From Octopus sinensis (Eukaryota), in NCBI RefSeq assembly GCF_006345805.1, contig NC_043000.1:53320001-53384000 (forward strand): a stretch of DNA of 64,000 bases, in the 5' to 3' direction. Positions within the stretch are counted from its first letter, which is position 1. The number at the start of each line of letters is the position of its first letter. The position numbers and the translations under genes are program-made. This document shows positions 1-12,699 of this stretch, one piece after another. The notes beneath the pieces were generated by a model. It searched no databases. It saw only the letters and a list, made by a program, of their open reading frames with translations, and was not told where the DNA came from.

Positions 1-99
1 CTACAAAGAAATGTTTGCGGAGACATCCACAAATAACCAGGACAAATCATCACAGAAATAGAATAAGGGATTGTCTTCATCCTCCTTCTCCCTGACAAA

Positions 100-1230
100 C
101 ATGACCTTGGCCTTGCTCAGAATAGGCAGGATAAATATGCGTGACATGAGGATGCGGTGGGAACGGGGTTATCTACTCAATGACCTAAGGTCAGTAAGTT
201 TAGATTTAGTGACTATCAGTTAAACCAGACTCTCCAAGCGATCAAATTTCAGTAGATATTATATTTACTTATCTCCTAGCCAACCGAGAACGGAGGAGAA
301 ATGGAACTGCAGTGTTGTTCCCCAGAATTCTGGATCTCAAGACAAAGACCATTTTCAGGAACTCAGAAAGTAAGTCTCTGGTCCTGGATATGATCAGATG
401 CGACACGGCCGCGTTCAGACTGGTGGCTGCTTATGTTCCGACAAGGGCAAGACAACCGAATTTCTTCAGACGTCTGTAGGTCTCTTTGGAGGCGTCTCGA
501 TGTTTAGTGCTAATGGAGGACCGGATGACCATCTTGGATGCACGCAACTGGAAACAGAACGGGAAAATAACTACTTCTGTGAGTCGATGAGCGGTGACAC
601 TGCTGAGAAAGGTGCCAAACAATGGAGATAAAATAGAAAATTTTAGGCTTATAACGTTGCTGGACTCGGATTTCAAAATTTGGGCCAAATTGTTAGCAAA
701 GAGGTTGGAACTTATCGTCGAGGAATTGATGGGTGATGCAGAAAGAGGCGGCGTCCCAAGCAGATGCATCCACAAAAATTTCCATGTCATACAATACATC
801 ACAGATTGGGTGAGCAAAGAAACTTCATGGATAGGGCCCTGATCGATTTGGATCGACCGAAGGCCTTCGATATTGGCGGCCGTTCTCACGGCAGTCGGTT
901 TCGCCCTCTCTTCCTGTGACTGGTTCACCGCATTGCATAGCGATATCTACTCGGTATTCGGATGAATGATTATCTATCAGAATCATTCAACATCACGTGT
1001 CCGGTCTGTCAGGTATGTCCGCTCTCATATCTTCTGTATATACCAGCTCTAGAGCCACTACTGTGGAAACTAGAATGTGGAAGAACAGTGTCGACATACG
1101 CAGATGATGTCAGCATCAGAATGCCGAACACCAAGCACATAAACCTGGTCGGCGCTGCTTTAAATAATTCGAGGTGAGGACAGAAGCATAAATTAACCAG
1201 GAAAAGTAAGTGGGTCTGAGCTATCCATGA
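100..1230 (+). mobile_element. Decayed, internally deleted L1/Tx1-clade LINE (APE endonuclease + RT remnants)
   Basis: Fragmented motifs in order: endonuclease start (RIGRINMRD..DLVTIS*TRL), LLRKVPNNGDKIENFRLITLLDSDFKIWAKLLAKRL, LIDLD..KAFD, Q.CPLS.LLYI.ALEPLL, YADD, INQEKS. Many stops and frameshifts. Confidence 0.85.
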
Positions 1231-1244
1231 CAAACTTCGTCCAT

Positions 1245-1780
1245 TTTTACATTCTCAGTTCAAATTCCACCGAGGTCAAGCTTGCTTTTCATCATTTCGG
1301 GGTCAATAAAATAAGTACCAGTTGAGTACTGGGGTCGATGTAATTGACTTACACCCTCCCCTGAAATTTCTGGCCTTGTGCCAAAATCCTAAACCAGTAT
1401 TATTATTCAAGGTGGTGAGCTGGCAGAAACGTTAGCATGCCGGGCGAAATGCTTAGCGGTATTTCGTCTGCCACTACGTTCTGAGTTCAAATTCCGCCGA
1501 GGTCAACTCTGCCTTTCATCCTTTCGGGGTCGATTAAATAAGTACCAGTTACACACTAGGGTCGATATAATCGACTTAATCCGTTTGTCTGTCCTTGTTC
1601 GTCCCCTCTGTGCTTAACCCCTTGTGGGTAGTAAAGAAATAGGTATTTCGGCAAGATTTTGAGTTCAAATTCTTTCGGGGTTGATAAATTAAGTACCAGT
1701 GAAACACTGGGGTCGATGTTATCGACTGTCTACCCCCCAAAAAGTGTCAGGCCTTGTTCCTATATTTGAAAGGATTATTA
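1245..1780 (+). mobile_element. Cluster of tRNA-derived SINE family 2 copies (Deu/Nin-domain-like)
   Basis: B-box-like gagttcaaattcc followed by gccgaggtc..gcctttcatcctttcggggtcgat(t/a)aaataagtaccag and a ggccttgtgcc tail. The same sequence recurs at 7565, 10857, 12281, 19863, 26816 and 28427. Confidence 0.85.
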
Positions 1781-1799
1781 TTATCATCATCATCATCAT

Positions 1800-2290
1800 T
1801 ATAACCTTAGAACAGCTTCTAAATCTGAAGATTACTACGGCGTCAGCTGTTCACTGCCAGTAAACTAACGTAACACCTTATTTTTCGGGCACCTTCCGGA
1901 GTATTCGAGTGGTTCCAAGTAGTGCTGTTTTCTGCAAGTGCTCCACCCTTATTGCAGCCACTATTTGTTCCATGTACTTCTGGAGATTTTTGCTTTCAGT
2001 TCCCAGGGCTCTGACAATTATTGGTACTACTACTACCTTTTTAATCGACCTCAACTGCTTAACTTCGTAAGCTAACCTGTCAACTCACTCGATTTTTCTG
2101 TCTTCCTTATCGCATAGTTTGTTATCAGCTAGGCATGCTATATCATTGATCCAGCATAGTTTGTTTTCTTTCTCAATTAAGACTACGTCTGGCTTCTTAT
2201 TCTCTATCTCATGATCGCACTGAATCATAAACTCCCTCAGGATCTTTGCAATTTCATTTTCGATGACGCTTTCGGGATTGTGGTCGTAAT
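1800..2290 (-). mobile_element. 3' fragment of R4/Dong-like LINE (restriction-like endonuclease), family A
   Basis: ORF 2085-2327 contains KKPDVVLIEK..CWINDIAC..D.K...KE..KIE, a PD-(D/E)xK REL domain. It is collinear with the copy at 11147-12135, including the 3' UTR. Confidence 0.85.
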
Positions 2291-4255
2291 ACAGTGTAGG
2301 TAAGAATGCACCGGAAACTTTAGTCATCTGTCAGATCGCAACAAGGACCTCAGAAAGATAATACTTTCCTTGAGATATGCGCTGTGACCAATAAGGCTAC
2401 TTTTTGCAAGACATCAATCTTGCACGGGTTTTCCAGTTGCCTAAAGAAATTTTGGAGTTTCAATGGGATTGAGCCCAACGCTTCGATCACCAGGGGAATC
2501 GCTTTTACAATACCCACTCGCATTAGATAGAGTCTTGCCATTTCCACTTTCAACTCGGTGTACTGTCCATGCATTCTCATTTCAAGAAGGTTTTCATTTC
2601 TCTTATCAGCTCTTTCGCTAAAGTTTGCCGTGCCCCATCATTTCATCTGCATTTACACCCAAATGTTTTGCGGCATATTGCAGCAGGTCTTCATCGCAAT
2701 TTATCAAATACTCAGCTAGCGTTCTCCTTTCACTCTGTATACAATTGTCTATACTAATTAGTCCTCTATCACCATTCTTTCATTTCATATACAGTTTGTT
2801 TACGTTTGGTTTAGGGTGTAGCGCCTCTTGTATAGTCATCAACTTCCTCCTCATTCTATCCAGTGTTGATATTCCTCCTTAGTTCATTTAAGTATGGACG
2901 CACTACATATGACCACTGCAACTGCCCAGATATTAATTGCGGTAATCAGATTTTTGGCATTCAGATTGGATTTCAACACCATCTTCACCCGTTCTTGATA
3001 CGCCTCGCTGATATTGACTTTCATTTCTCTATGTAGAATGTCATCCAGCTCCAAAATCCCTAAATATCTATACCCAGTACCGTCGGATTCACCCATGGTC
3101 TCTACTGATGGTAACCGCAATCCTCTGCAGACTGCTTTCTTCCGTCTTTTCATATTAAGTACTGAGCCTTTGTTAATCCTAAATTCCATACCGATGTCCC
3201 TACCAAACTTCTCGAACTGTTTTCTTGAAGGAATCTATCTGTTATTCAGATTTCCCAAACAGTTTGTAGTCATGTATAAACGGAAGATGGTTCAATGATG
3301 GTCCTTTCTTCACACTCCGGTAACCCATCTTAACTTTCCTAAGTGTCATTGTTATGGGTATTAGTGCAATTACAAAAGTAGTGGAGAAAACGAATCACCT
3401 TGGAAGATTCCCCTTTTAATATTAACTTCTCCAAGGAATACATTACTTGAATACAATTTATTTTTCCTCATCCTTAACAGCACCTTTACCCTCTTCTTCC
3501 TGTCTACTCATCTCCCTGCTCTCAACTCCTCCACCTCTGTTTTCAACTCCGACCATCCTTTGTAGCAGGTTCTCTCAGACCCTCACTAATCCGATATGTA
3601 TCTACTCCAGTTAAGTAACCCTTCCTCCTAATTACTCTCACTTGGTTCATTAGGTTATTTTCTGATATAGGACACATATCCTTTTCCATCCAAAATTTCA
3701 ATGTCCATCGGCCTACTCCACATCTTCTTTCCAGCTTTGCTCTTTCATGACATTGAATAAGTGTATCGCATTCTTCCTTCGTTTACTTATGTCTGTTTTT
3801 GCGCACACCATGTATGTGATCTCTTGTGACATAACGATCGTCCGAGGCCAGGTCACTGCCATGATGCGGGCGGTTTCGGACGTGCCGGGCGGGAAACCTT
3901 CACAATGATCGGCTAAAGCTTCATTCTCGCCGTTAAGTCTTTTCTTGTTGTGTTGCAACATGAATTCATGAGTCGTTCGTGGGGTTCCCACGAGAGATGT
4001 TATTGAGATCCCATATCTCTCTCTTCCTCTCTTTATTTGTATAAAAACGTGCACATGCATGTTCATACGCATATATATAAAGAACATGCATGCATTGTGC
4101 CGCCTCCATAACCACTGTGGTTATTGTTAACACCATCGTTCTACCTATAGCATTTAAAGTTATCAATAATAATATGAGTCCCGGGATATTGCAGCAGATC
4201 TCCATCACTATTCTTTCTTTTCAAATACAGACTGTTTACGTTTGCATTTAACATT
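2291..4255 (-). mobile_element. Internally deleted R4/Dong-like LINE, family B
   Basis: N-terminal motif (~3600-3800, SENNLMNQVRVIRR), RT (QGDSFSPL, LNHL...DYKLF, GMEF, YRYLGILE, NLITAINIWAVAV) and REL C-terminus (LVIEALGSIP..LQKVALL.TAHI). The 5' end abuts a (TAA)n-type tract. Confidence 0.8.
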
Positions 4256-4311
4256 TATTATTATTGTTGTTGTTGTTGTTGTTGTTATTATCATCATCAC
4301 CATCATTGCTG

Positions 4312-4364
<53 letters not shown>

Positions 4365-4385
4365 GCTATTTCCATTTATTATTAA
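4256..4385. repeat. (TTA/TTG/CAT)n trinucleotide microsatellite
   Basis: Directly visible. Confidence 0.95.
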
Positions 4386-4700
4386 AAGGTGTTATTAAAC
4401 ATTGTTTAGTTACAACTTTTGAATTGCACTTGAGATAATCATAAATATGTGAGTGTTGAACGGAATAGTTGGAGGTGAATAGGCCAAATTCTACAGGTCT
4501 ATAAAATAGATTCGGCAGATGGTGACGAGGTCAGCAATAGACATTCCTGTGCGATAAGAAGACAAAAGAGGTCTCACACCTTTTGGGTCTGCAAAAGTCA
4601 AATGTGTTTACTACTACCAGCGATCAATGAGAACGCTGAACTTCGCCTTGAAAAGAAGGAATTCCCCTTGTATTTTTAATTACTAATAGAAAAAAATAAT

Positions 4701-4727
4701 TCATACATACATACATGCATACATACA

Positions 4728-4758
<31 letters not shown>

Positions 4759-4778
4759 GTACATACATACATATATAC

Positions 4779-4822
<44 letters not shown>
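4701..4822. repeat. (TACA)n(TA)n microsatellite
   Basis: Directly visible. Confidence 0.95.
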
Positions 4823-4824
<2 letters not shown>

Positions 4825-4990
4825 ATGTTCTCATCGTTGAATTTTTGAATTTCTAGATTTTTTGTTTCTTTTATGTTTATAAGTTTTGCTGTGGTTTACA
4901 GTTGTTGTAATTGTGCAGTTTGTATATATTTGCAGGTGCTTACCTACTTAATATTTTAAAAACCTTATCGTACATTCAATTTTGCAGCTG

Positions 4991-5485
4991 CAATAAAAGG
5001 TATGTTTACATATTCGGGTAGTTAGGGAGAAAAGAAAGATAAAAGATAAAATTTTCACAGAAAATTGTAGATATTAAAGTTTTGAAGTTATCTAGGGATG
5101 TTCTTTTGCATGTCCAATTAGCGAAGACAGTCGTGTTTTTGCAATAAAAAGTCTGTTTACATTTTCGAATATTCAGGAAGAAGAGAAAGAAAAGAAAAGT
5201 AGATTAAAATTTTCACAGAAAGTTGTAGATATTAAAGTTTTAAGATTTACTAAATATGGTCTTTTGTATGTCCGCACAGAGAAAAGTGTAGTATTCTTAG
5301 AATAAAAAGGATGTTTACATTTTCGAATACTGAGGGAGAAAGGAAAGGATAGCTATTCACAGAAGTTGTAGATACTAAAGTTTCTTAAAACTGATCGTTT
5401 GTGTGTTCGAAAACTGTAGATATGTAAGTTTCTTACCTTATTTTGAGGGAAATTTAAAATACTCACAGGAAATTGTAGATATTCC
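4991..5485 (+). repeat. Diverged tandem repeat, ~150-160 bp unit, 3 copies plus fragments
   Basis: aataaaa..tgtttacat..ttcg..a.ggaga..aaag..ttcacagaa..ttgtagata.taaagttt recurs at ~4991, 5142 and 5301. Confidence 0.8.
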
Positions 5486-5590
5486 GGTGTTTGTGGGTTA
5501 CTTTTCAATTGTCCTGCTGGGTTGTATTATTGTTAGAGCAGCGAAGAACACGTCCGGCCGCTGTCAAGGCTGGTGCTATTATTCCGTATC

Positions 5591-5601
5591 ATTATTATTA
5601 C

Positions 5602-5644
<43 letters not shown>

Positions 5645-5710
5645 GTTGTTGTTGTTGTTGTTGTGATTGATGTTGTTGTTGTTGATATTAGCATTATTAT
5701 TATTATCATT
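5591..5710. repeat. (TTA/TTG)n microsatellite
   Basis: Directly visible. Confidence 0.95.
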
Positions 5711-5950
5711 ATCTCAGTATGAATCAATAATATCAAAACTATTTTTTGTTATTAGTTCCTTAAAGATATGTCTAACTGATTAAAAATTTCCTCTCCACAA
5801 TATGGAGACGTTGTTCCGTTTAAATATTTGTAGATAAAATTTGAGTTAGTTGATGAGAAGCTTGAAATACTAAAGGTACGTTGAGTGAAATCTAAAGAAT
5901 ATGTCAAAATAATTGATATGACACAACAGCATTGTAATATCTCCCTCGCT

Positions 5951-5989
<39 letters not shown>

Positions 5990-6027
5990 ATATTCATTGT
6001 TTCTTTATCCTCATCTGAATTCCATAG

Positions 6028-6137
6028 CATTTCGGTTAAGATTGACAGTTCGGATTATTACATTGACACAGCATGGCACATGTTCGGTAGATGGATATGT
6101 TCGAAGTCGAAGCTTGATAAAAGTTGCTGTTGTCAAA
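6028..6137 (+). CDS. Weak candidate internal exon (110 nt), product unknown
   Basis: Pyrimidine-rich tract ending ccatag, donor aaa|gtaagt, and two open frames (ISVKIDSSDYYIDTAWHMFGRWICSKSKLDKSCCCQ or FRLRLTVRIITLTQHGTCSVDGYVRSRSLIKVAVVK). No partner exon was recognised. Confidence 0.25.
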
Positions 6138-7564
6138 GTAAGTAATATTTATGGAAGAAAATTATTCATCCATATTCCGAAATCAATTGTTTTTCTTAAC
6201 CCTTGCCAATATGGTTTGGATTGTGTGTGACGAATTTACATTGCTTCAATTCTTTCAATGAACATTAGATTTACGAGGAAATGTTATCTAAAGTCCTCTT
6301 GAATCCTGTTTTTATTGTAAGCTCTGTCAAGTTATACGAGTATACCGGATATTTTCTATCAATAATCTATCTATTTATGTTCTTTTACTCCGGAACACAC
6401 AGCACACATATTACTATGCTTTATGTCCGAAGAATTGATGTAAAGCGATTGTATATTTCATAAAGAAATAAAATCGTTTAAGGGAGATATATTTCGTGTT
6501 ATCTTTTGTACTATTTATTTTTCTTTCTTTCTCTGTCTTACACTTGATTGACGATTATGATGTTCGCAGAATAAAATACAGAGGGTAAACCACTCCAGTA
6601 AAGGAATATATGATTTATATCTTCAACCTATACATGTCAAGACAATTCTTGTAATATAACGGCATCAAGTCTTGCAATGAATTTATAGCTAATAATAGTT
6701 GATTACTTTAATTCTTCAGATGCTAAATGAACTGTAGATAGCGTTTTCCTTGCAATTTTCTTTTTAAATTCTTTGACAGAATTCTTCCAGTCTATCAGAG
6801 GTACTATTATATGTTTTACATTATTTGCCAAATCCATTAATCATAAAACCCAATGAAATGGCCAACTGATGAAGTAACAGTTCTGTAGACAAGCGCATTC
6901 AGAAGTAGAAAGCAACCTTAAATTTTCATTTTCTTTAACGGGTATCAGTTTTATTACGGTTTGGTAATTTACATAACAATGTGGTAAAGGGTATAGATCG
7001 ACGTGAAAACTGAGGAAATACTGATAAAACGAAGACGTTTCAATATTCACTTGAGTTTATATCATTGCCCCTATTTTTACTAATACAGCTTCATGAAAGT
7101 TATGAACGAAATATGTTTTATCCTCCATTAAGGTACAGGCGTTTCCTTATAAAAAGAAGCCAAACATAGCAGAGACCGCAATATTCCAGTATTTTATTTT
7201 GGAACAGAACAAATTATTTAGACCAGCTGGATAAACAAGTGCATCGCATATGTCTGCTACATATTTTGGTGATGGTTGGCGAGGTGACTTCCAGGGAGTC
7301 ATTACAAATTCTCAAGAAATTATCAAGATATTATTGTTCGTCATCTAGCTGTTTTAAGCAAAAATGAGGGGCATTTACTAAACAAGTCATAATTTAGCCC
7401 CCAAGAGCAACCGATGGAGAAAATGAAACCAGGTCTCTAACGTTCTCATTAGTTTATCTCTATAACGATCACAAATGTACAACTTATTACTTTGTTACAC
7501 AAAGTAAATAACAACAAAATTACGGGATTTAATGCTCTTTGCGTGTCGATAACAAAAACAATAA

Positions 7565-8252
7565 TAATCCTTTCTACTATAGGCACAAGGCCTTACATTT
7601 TGGGGGAAGTGGGCCAGTTGAATATATCGACTCCAGTACGTAACTGGTACTTAATTTATCGACATCCGAAAAGATGAAAGTTAAAGTCGACCTCGGCAAT
7701 TCTGCCAGCTCACCTCCTTAACAAAAATGATAATCCTTTTTACTAAGGGCACAAGGTCTGACATTTTGAGGAGGGGACTAGTCGATTATATGGACCCCAG
7801 TGTTCAACTGGTACTTACTTTATCAACCCGACACGATGAAAGGCAAAGTCGACCTCGGTGCAATTTGAAATCTGAACGTAGCGACGGGCGAAATACCGCT
7901 TAGCGTTTCGTCCGGCGTGTTAACGATTCTACCAGCTCGCCGCCTTCTATAATAACTATTTCAAAGGGCAGTTTGGTGTACATACGGATGAGTCAATTAC
8001 ATCGACCCCATTCAACTGGTACTTATTTTATCGATCCGAAAGAATGAGACGTAAAGTTGACCGTGGGGGAATTGGAACTTAGATCGTGAAGTTGGATGAA
8101 ATGCCGTTAAGCATTTTGCCTGGTATACAGACGATTCTGGCAGCTTGACACCTAAATAAGCACAATAGCAACAACAACAATAATAATGGTTTAAAATTTC
8201 GGCACAAGGCCAGCAATTTCTGGGAGGACAAGTGTAGTCATGGACCCCAGTG
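7565..8252 (-). mobile_element. Cluster of ~4 diverged or partial SINE family 2 copies
   Basis: Repeated ggcacaagg..ttttg.ggg..cgacccca..aactggtactta.tttatcgacccgaaaggatgaaaggcaaagtcgacctcgg. Confidence 0.85.
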
Positions 8253-9130
8253 CATTATCTTCGCAAGCTAGATTCCTGAGACATTGCATTTGCGTTGTGC
8301 GCATACGTTTAGTGCGTAAAACTTATCTCGTAGACGGATTTTACTGCCAACAATATCCATAAGGAAAATCTCAGCTTTGCAAAATATAAGCAGATTATAT
8401 TGAAGTAGGTAAAAAATTAAAGGAAACGTTAGTTTCTAAATTTCACACGTTTTAGGGATAATTTTTAGGACTAAATTAAACTAATGCATTTCATATGTTA
8501 GTTTTTATATTAAATTCTTTAAAAAGCCATTGGAAATGTTAGATATTTGAATTAAGTATTTGAAGATTTTCTGATTATTAAACAACTCTGTCAATACAGG
8601 TTTGCCACTAAATTAGAGAGCGCGTAGTTGGTAATTAGAAGCGATCATATCGGGAAGATTGTGATGAAATCATCACGAAATAGATATTTGATTATAAGAT
8701 TCAAACAAGCAAGATATGCAGAAACTTACTTTGAACCAGTACCGCTTCAGTTACTATAATTTAATAATTGAATATATGTTAAGAATCTATATAACTGACA
8801 TATTCGCAGTACAAATGCTGAGAGATCAGTTTTGATCTTGTTATTCGTGCATCCTATGAAATATACACCAGTCATGCATCAGGCCCACTTTCAAGTTAAT
8901 ATATCACTTCATTCTGCGATGTTTGACTTTTGCAAGTGTTAGAAATTTAAATGTACAAAAATGTGTTCTGTACTAACACAACATGTTCCATATGACGTGT
9001 ATGTAATTACTACCATTTATCATTTACGTATTGTTTCAGTCATTTCAATGCCCTGCTGAGGCAAGCCTTGGAGAATACCAGTTCAGTAGAACAGATTGAT
9101 CTAACTACTTAAATTGTATAAGTCTGATAC

Positions 9131-9131
<1 letters not shown>

Positions 9132-9186
<55 letters not shown>

Positions 9187-9292
9187 TTATCTATTTATCT
9201 ATCTATCTATATATCTATCTATCTATCTATATATCTATCTATCTATCTATCTGATTGTCAGTCTGTCGATCAATATATATATATATATATAT
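9132..9292. repeat. (TCTA)n and (TA)n microsatellites
   Basis: Directly visible. Confidence 0.95.
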
Positions 9293-9705
9293 TACTCTTT
9301 TACGCTTTTACTTGTTTCAGTCATTTGACTGCGGCCATGCTGGAGCACCGCCTTTAGTCGAGCAAATCGACCCCGGGACTTATTCTTTGTAAGCCCAGTA
9401 TTTATTCTATCAGTCTCTTTTGCCGAACCGCTAAGTGACGGGGACGTAAACACACAAGCATCGGTTGTCAAGCAATGCTAGAGGGACAAACACAGACACA
9501 CAAACATATACATACACATACATACATATATATACATATATACGACAGGCTTCTTTCAGTTTCCGTCTACCAAATCCACTCACAAGGCATTGGTCGGCCC
9601 GAGGCTATAGCAGAAGACACTTGCCCAAGATGCCACGCAGTGGGACTGAACCCACAACCATGTGGTTGGTAGGCAAGCTACTTACCACACAGCCACTCCT
9701 GCGCC
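9293..9705 (-). mobile_element. tRNA-derived CORE-like SINE family 1, full length
   Basis: Reverse complement shows A-box tggctgtgtggtaag, B-box ggttcagtccc, CORE-like cttgggcaagtgtctt, an internal microsatellite and the tail ggcggtgctccagcatggccgcagtcaaatgactgaaacaagtaaaag. It is flanked by (TA)n. Confidence 0.9.
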
Positions 9706-9806
9706 TATGTATATATGCATATATATACATATATATATATATATATACATGTATGTATGTATGTATGTATGTATGTATGTATGTATGTATGTATGTATGT
9801 ATATAG

Positions 9807-9945
9807 TTCAAATTTAGAGAAAAACAAAACAACCGAAGAGAAGAGAGAGGTGATAGAGCAACAAATAGGTGTATGAGTTTGACGATCGGGAAGAATGAAA
9901 ACATTTTTGATGTTTCGAGTCTACATCCTTCGACAGAAAGCGTCA
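9807..9945 (-). mobile_element. Penelope-like 3' terminal fragment (family P2) with degenerate hammerhead-like motif
   Basis: The reverse complement aligns with 32845-32970. It contains ctttctgtcgaa-ggatgtagactc-gaaacatc-aaaa and abuts a (TA)/(TATG)n tract. Confidence 0.6.
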
Positions 9946-9962
9946 TGAGGAAAAAAAAAAGT

Positions 9963-10580
9963 TTTGAACGTTCCATCACATGCCCAACGATGACATGATG
10001 CTATATGCTGAAGAGCACTTTCTAATGCAAATATTAGTATGCGATGTTGATCCTCGATACCCGAATCGTATCTCAGAAACTGTTCACCATTATCAAGTTT
10101 ACAACATTCTTAAGCTATTTCAAAGCCAGTTCTAGCCCAAGGATGAAAGGGAAATCCAGAAATTTTTTGTCGACATCTTTGAATAATTCTGGAAAGTACA
10201 GGAAAACGAACAAGTTGGGAGCAAGTATTCTCTGTTAGCTGCGTAAACTTGCTTCTATGTTTTCCACCGCTTCATGCTTTATTTCTGCAACTATTTGTCT
10301 AGCATTTAACGAATCTACATCAGTTGGGATGAATGTGCTCACTAGAAAAATAAATAAATTTCGGCTAATGTTTTCCGTTACAGTGTGAATTTGCACTGAA
10401 ATAGCCTTCTTTTCTTGCAGTTTCATTATTCTTTTCCTAGTTTTGTATTGTTTATACTTTCATCAACTACTTTTCTTTTGTTTTTGGTCGATACTATGAA
10501 CTTTGTAATTTCGGGATAGGTAAATTAAAAATATGTACACTAAATTTGCAACACTCTTTATACACAGTACCGTACTTAAG
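9963..10580 (-). pseudogene. Mutator/MULE transposase remnant
   Basis: Minus-strand translation of ~10067-9963 gives YDSGIEDQHRILIFALESALQHIASCHRWACDGTFK, the MULE first-catalytic-Asp block. A possible FLYWCH-like C..C remnant lies near 10530-10575. Not in the ORF track. Confidence 0.75.
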
Positions 10581-10856
10581 AGAGAAAGTAAAACTATTAA
10601 CAGAGAAGGAAAAAGAACGATAATAAAGATCCTATATCGAGGCTCGTTATAGTTCTGTTAATATATCATTAGAGACATTTCACCTTGCTTTCTACGTCAT
10701 GCACATTCAGTACAGTGAAAGTAATAACACCAAAACAAACCACAGTGCAGACCCAAGGTACACAGATCTGCTCTCGGTAGTTAAGTTAATGCACGTGATA
10801 AAAAAATATAAATGCTGTATAACAACAACAACAACAACAACAATGATAATAATAAT

Positions 10857-11071
10857 CATTCCTACTATAGGCACATTGTCTGGATGTTTGTGGGGAGAGG
10901 GACAATCGATCACATCGACTCCAGTACTTTACAACAACTTAATTAATCGACCCGAAAAGGATGCAAGGCAAAGTGGACCGCGGCGGAATTTGAACTCAGT
11001 ACGTAGCGACGGGTGAAATACCGCTAATCATTTTGTCTAGCGTGCTAACGATTCTGTTAACTCGCTGCCTC
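10857..11071 (-). mobile_element. SINE family 2 copy
   Basis: Matches the family consensus and is flanked by (AAT/AAC)n. Confidence 0.85.
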
Positions 11072-11087
11072 AATAATAATAATAATA

Positions 11088-11131
<44 letters not shown>

Positions 11132-11146
11132 TAATAATAATAATAG

Positions 11147-12135
11147 CGGAGGAAGAGGACTTATTGGATGCGAACACAGCATTAGAGCAGAAGAAAACAA
11201 CATAGCATGGTAAGGAAAAACTGCCACAGAACCACTATTACTAGAAGTAAGAAGGTCAGGTTGGTGTAAGATGAATGATTGCAAAGATAAAGCACTGTAC
11301 AAGCAAGTGAAAACGAATGAAACTGAAAATAGATGGGTAAAGAAAAGAATGCATGGAAAATTTCATAGAGATGTTGAAGATAAGACATACAGAGAAAAAG
11401 AAAATGATTGAAAATCGGAACCGCAGGCTCAAATCTGTGCTGCCCAAGAACAAGTACTAAGAACAAACTACATAAAATACAGAGTAGACAACACATCAGA
11501 AAGTGATAAGTGCAGAATCTGTGAAACCGCATGGCATATTACCAACCAATATACGCCACTAGCCCAGAAGGAATATAAAAGACGCCACGACGATATAGCC
11601 AGGCTTGTCCATTGGACACTTTGCAACCGGTATGAGCTTGACAGAAAAAGATATTGGTACGACAACAACCCCGAAGGCATCATCGCAAATAAAACTGCAA
11701 AGATCCTTTGGGATTCTATGCTTCAGTTCGACAATGAGATAGAAAATAGGAAGCCAGACATAGTGTTAATTGAGAAAGAAAGTAAACTATACATGATCAT
11801 AGATATAGCATGCCCAGCTGACAACAGGGTATGCGATAAGGAAGAAAGAAAAGTTGATAGGTTTGACAGGTTATTTTGGCGAGTAAAGCAGTTGTGGTGG
11901 ATAAAAAGGTGGTAGTGGTACCAATAATTGTCGGAGCTCTGGGAACAGTGAGTACAAATCTTGAGAAGTACATGGAACAAATACGGGCCGCAATAAGGGT
12001 GGAGCAATTGCAGAAAACAGCACTGCTCGAATGCTCCGGAAGGTACTCGAATAAGGTGTTACCTTAGTTCACTAGTAATGAACAGCAGACAACCTAGTAC
12101 ATCTCCAGCGTTAGAAGCTGCGGAAACGCAATCAT
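11147..12135 (+). mobile_element. 5'-truncated R4/Dong-like LINE, family A
   Basis: MHGKF, AAQEQVLRTN, CRIC..HI...CCHC-like knuckle, YKRRHDDIARLVHW, ILWD, RKPDIVLI..IIDIACP, VPIIVGALG, LQKTALL. Embedded between (AAT)n (11072-11145) and (GAT/AAT)n (12141-12278). Confidence 0.9.
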
Positions 12136-12148
12136 AATGATTATAATA

Positions 12149-12195
<47 letters not shown>

Positions 12196-12232
12196 AATGA
12201 TAATAATAATAATAATAATATTAATAATAATA

Positions 12233-12278
<46 letters not shown>

Positions 12279-12280
12279 TT

Positions 12281-12478
12281 GTACTACTGGCACAAAGCTT
12301 GAAATGTGGAGTAGTGTTGATAGTCGATTACATTGACCCCCAGTCCTCAATTTATCGATACCCGAAAGGATGAAAGGTAAAGTCGACCTTTGCGGAATTT
12401 GAACTCAGTACATAGCGATGGGTGAAATACCACTAAGCATTTTGTTCAGCGTACTAACGATTCTGCCAGTTCACCCCC

Positions 12479-12479
<1 letters not shown>
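12281..12479 (-). mobile_element. SINE family 2 copy within (AAT)n
   Basis: Matches the family consensus. Confidence 0.85.
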
Positions 12480-12537
<58 letters not shown>

Positions 12538-12538
12538 G

Positions 12539-12575
<37 letters not shown>

Positions 12576-12586
12576 TGATAATGATG

Positions 12587-12629
<43 letters not shown>

Positions 12630-12640
12630 TGATAATGATG

Positions 12641-12697
<57 letters not shown>
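12480..12697. repeat. (AAT/GAT)n microsatellite
   Basis: Directly visible. It is the source of the poly-N/I/L ORFs. Confidence 0.95.
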
Positions 12698-12699
<2 letters not shown>

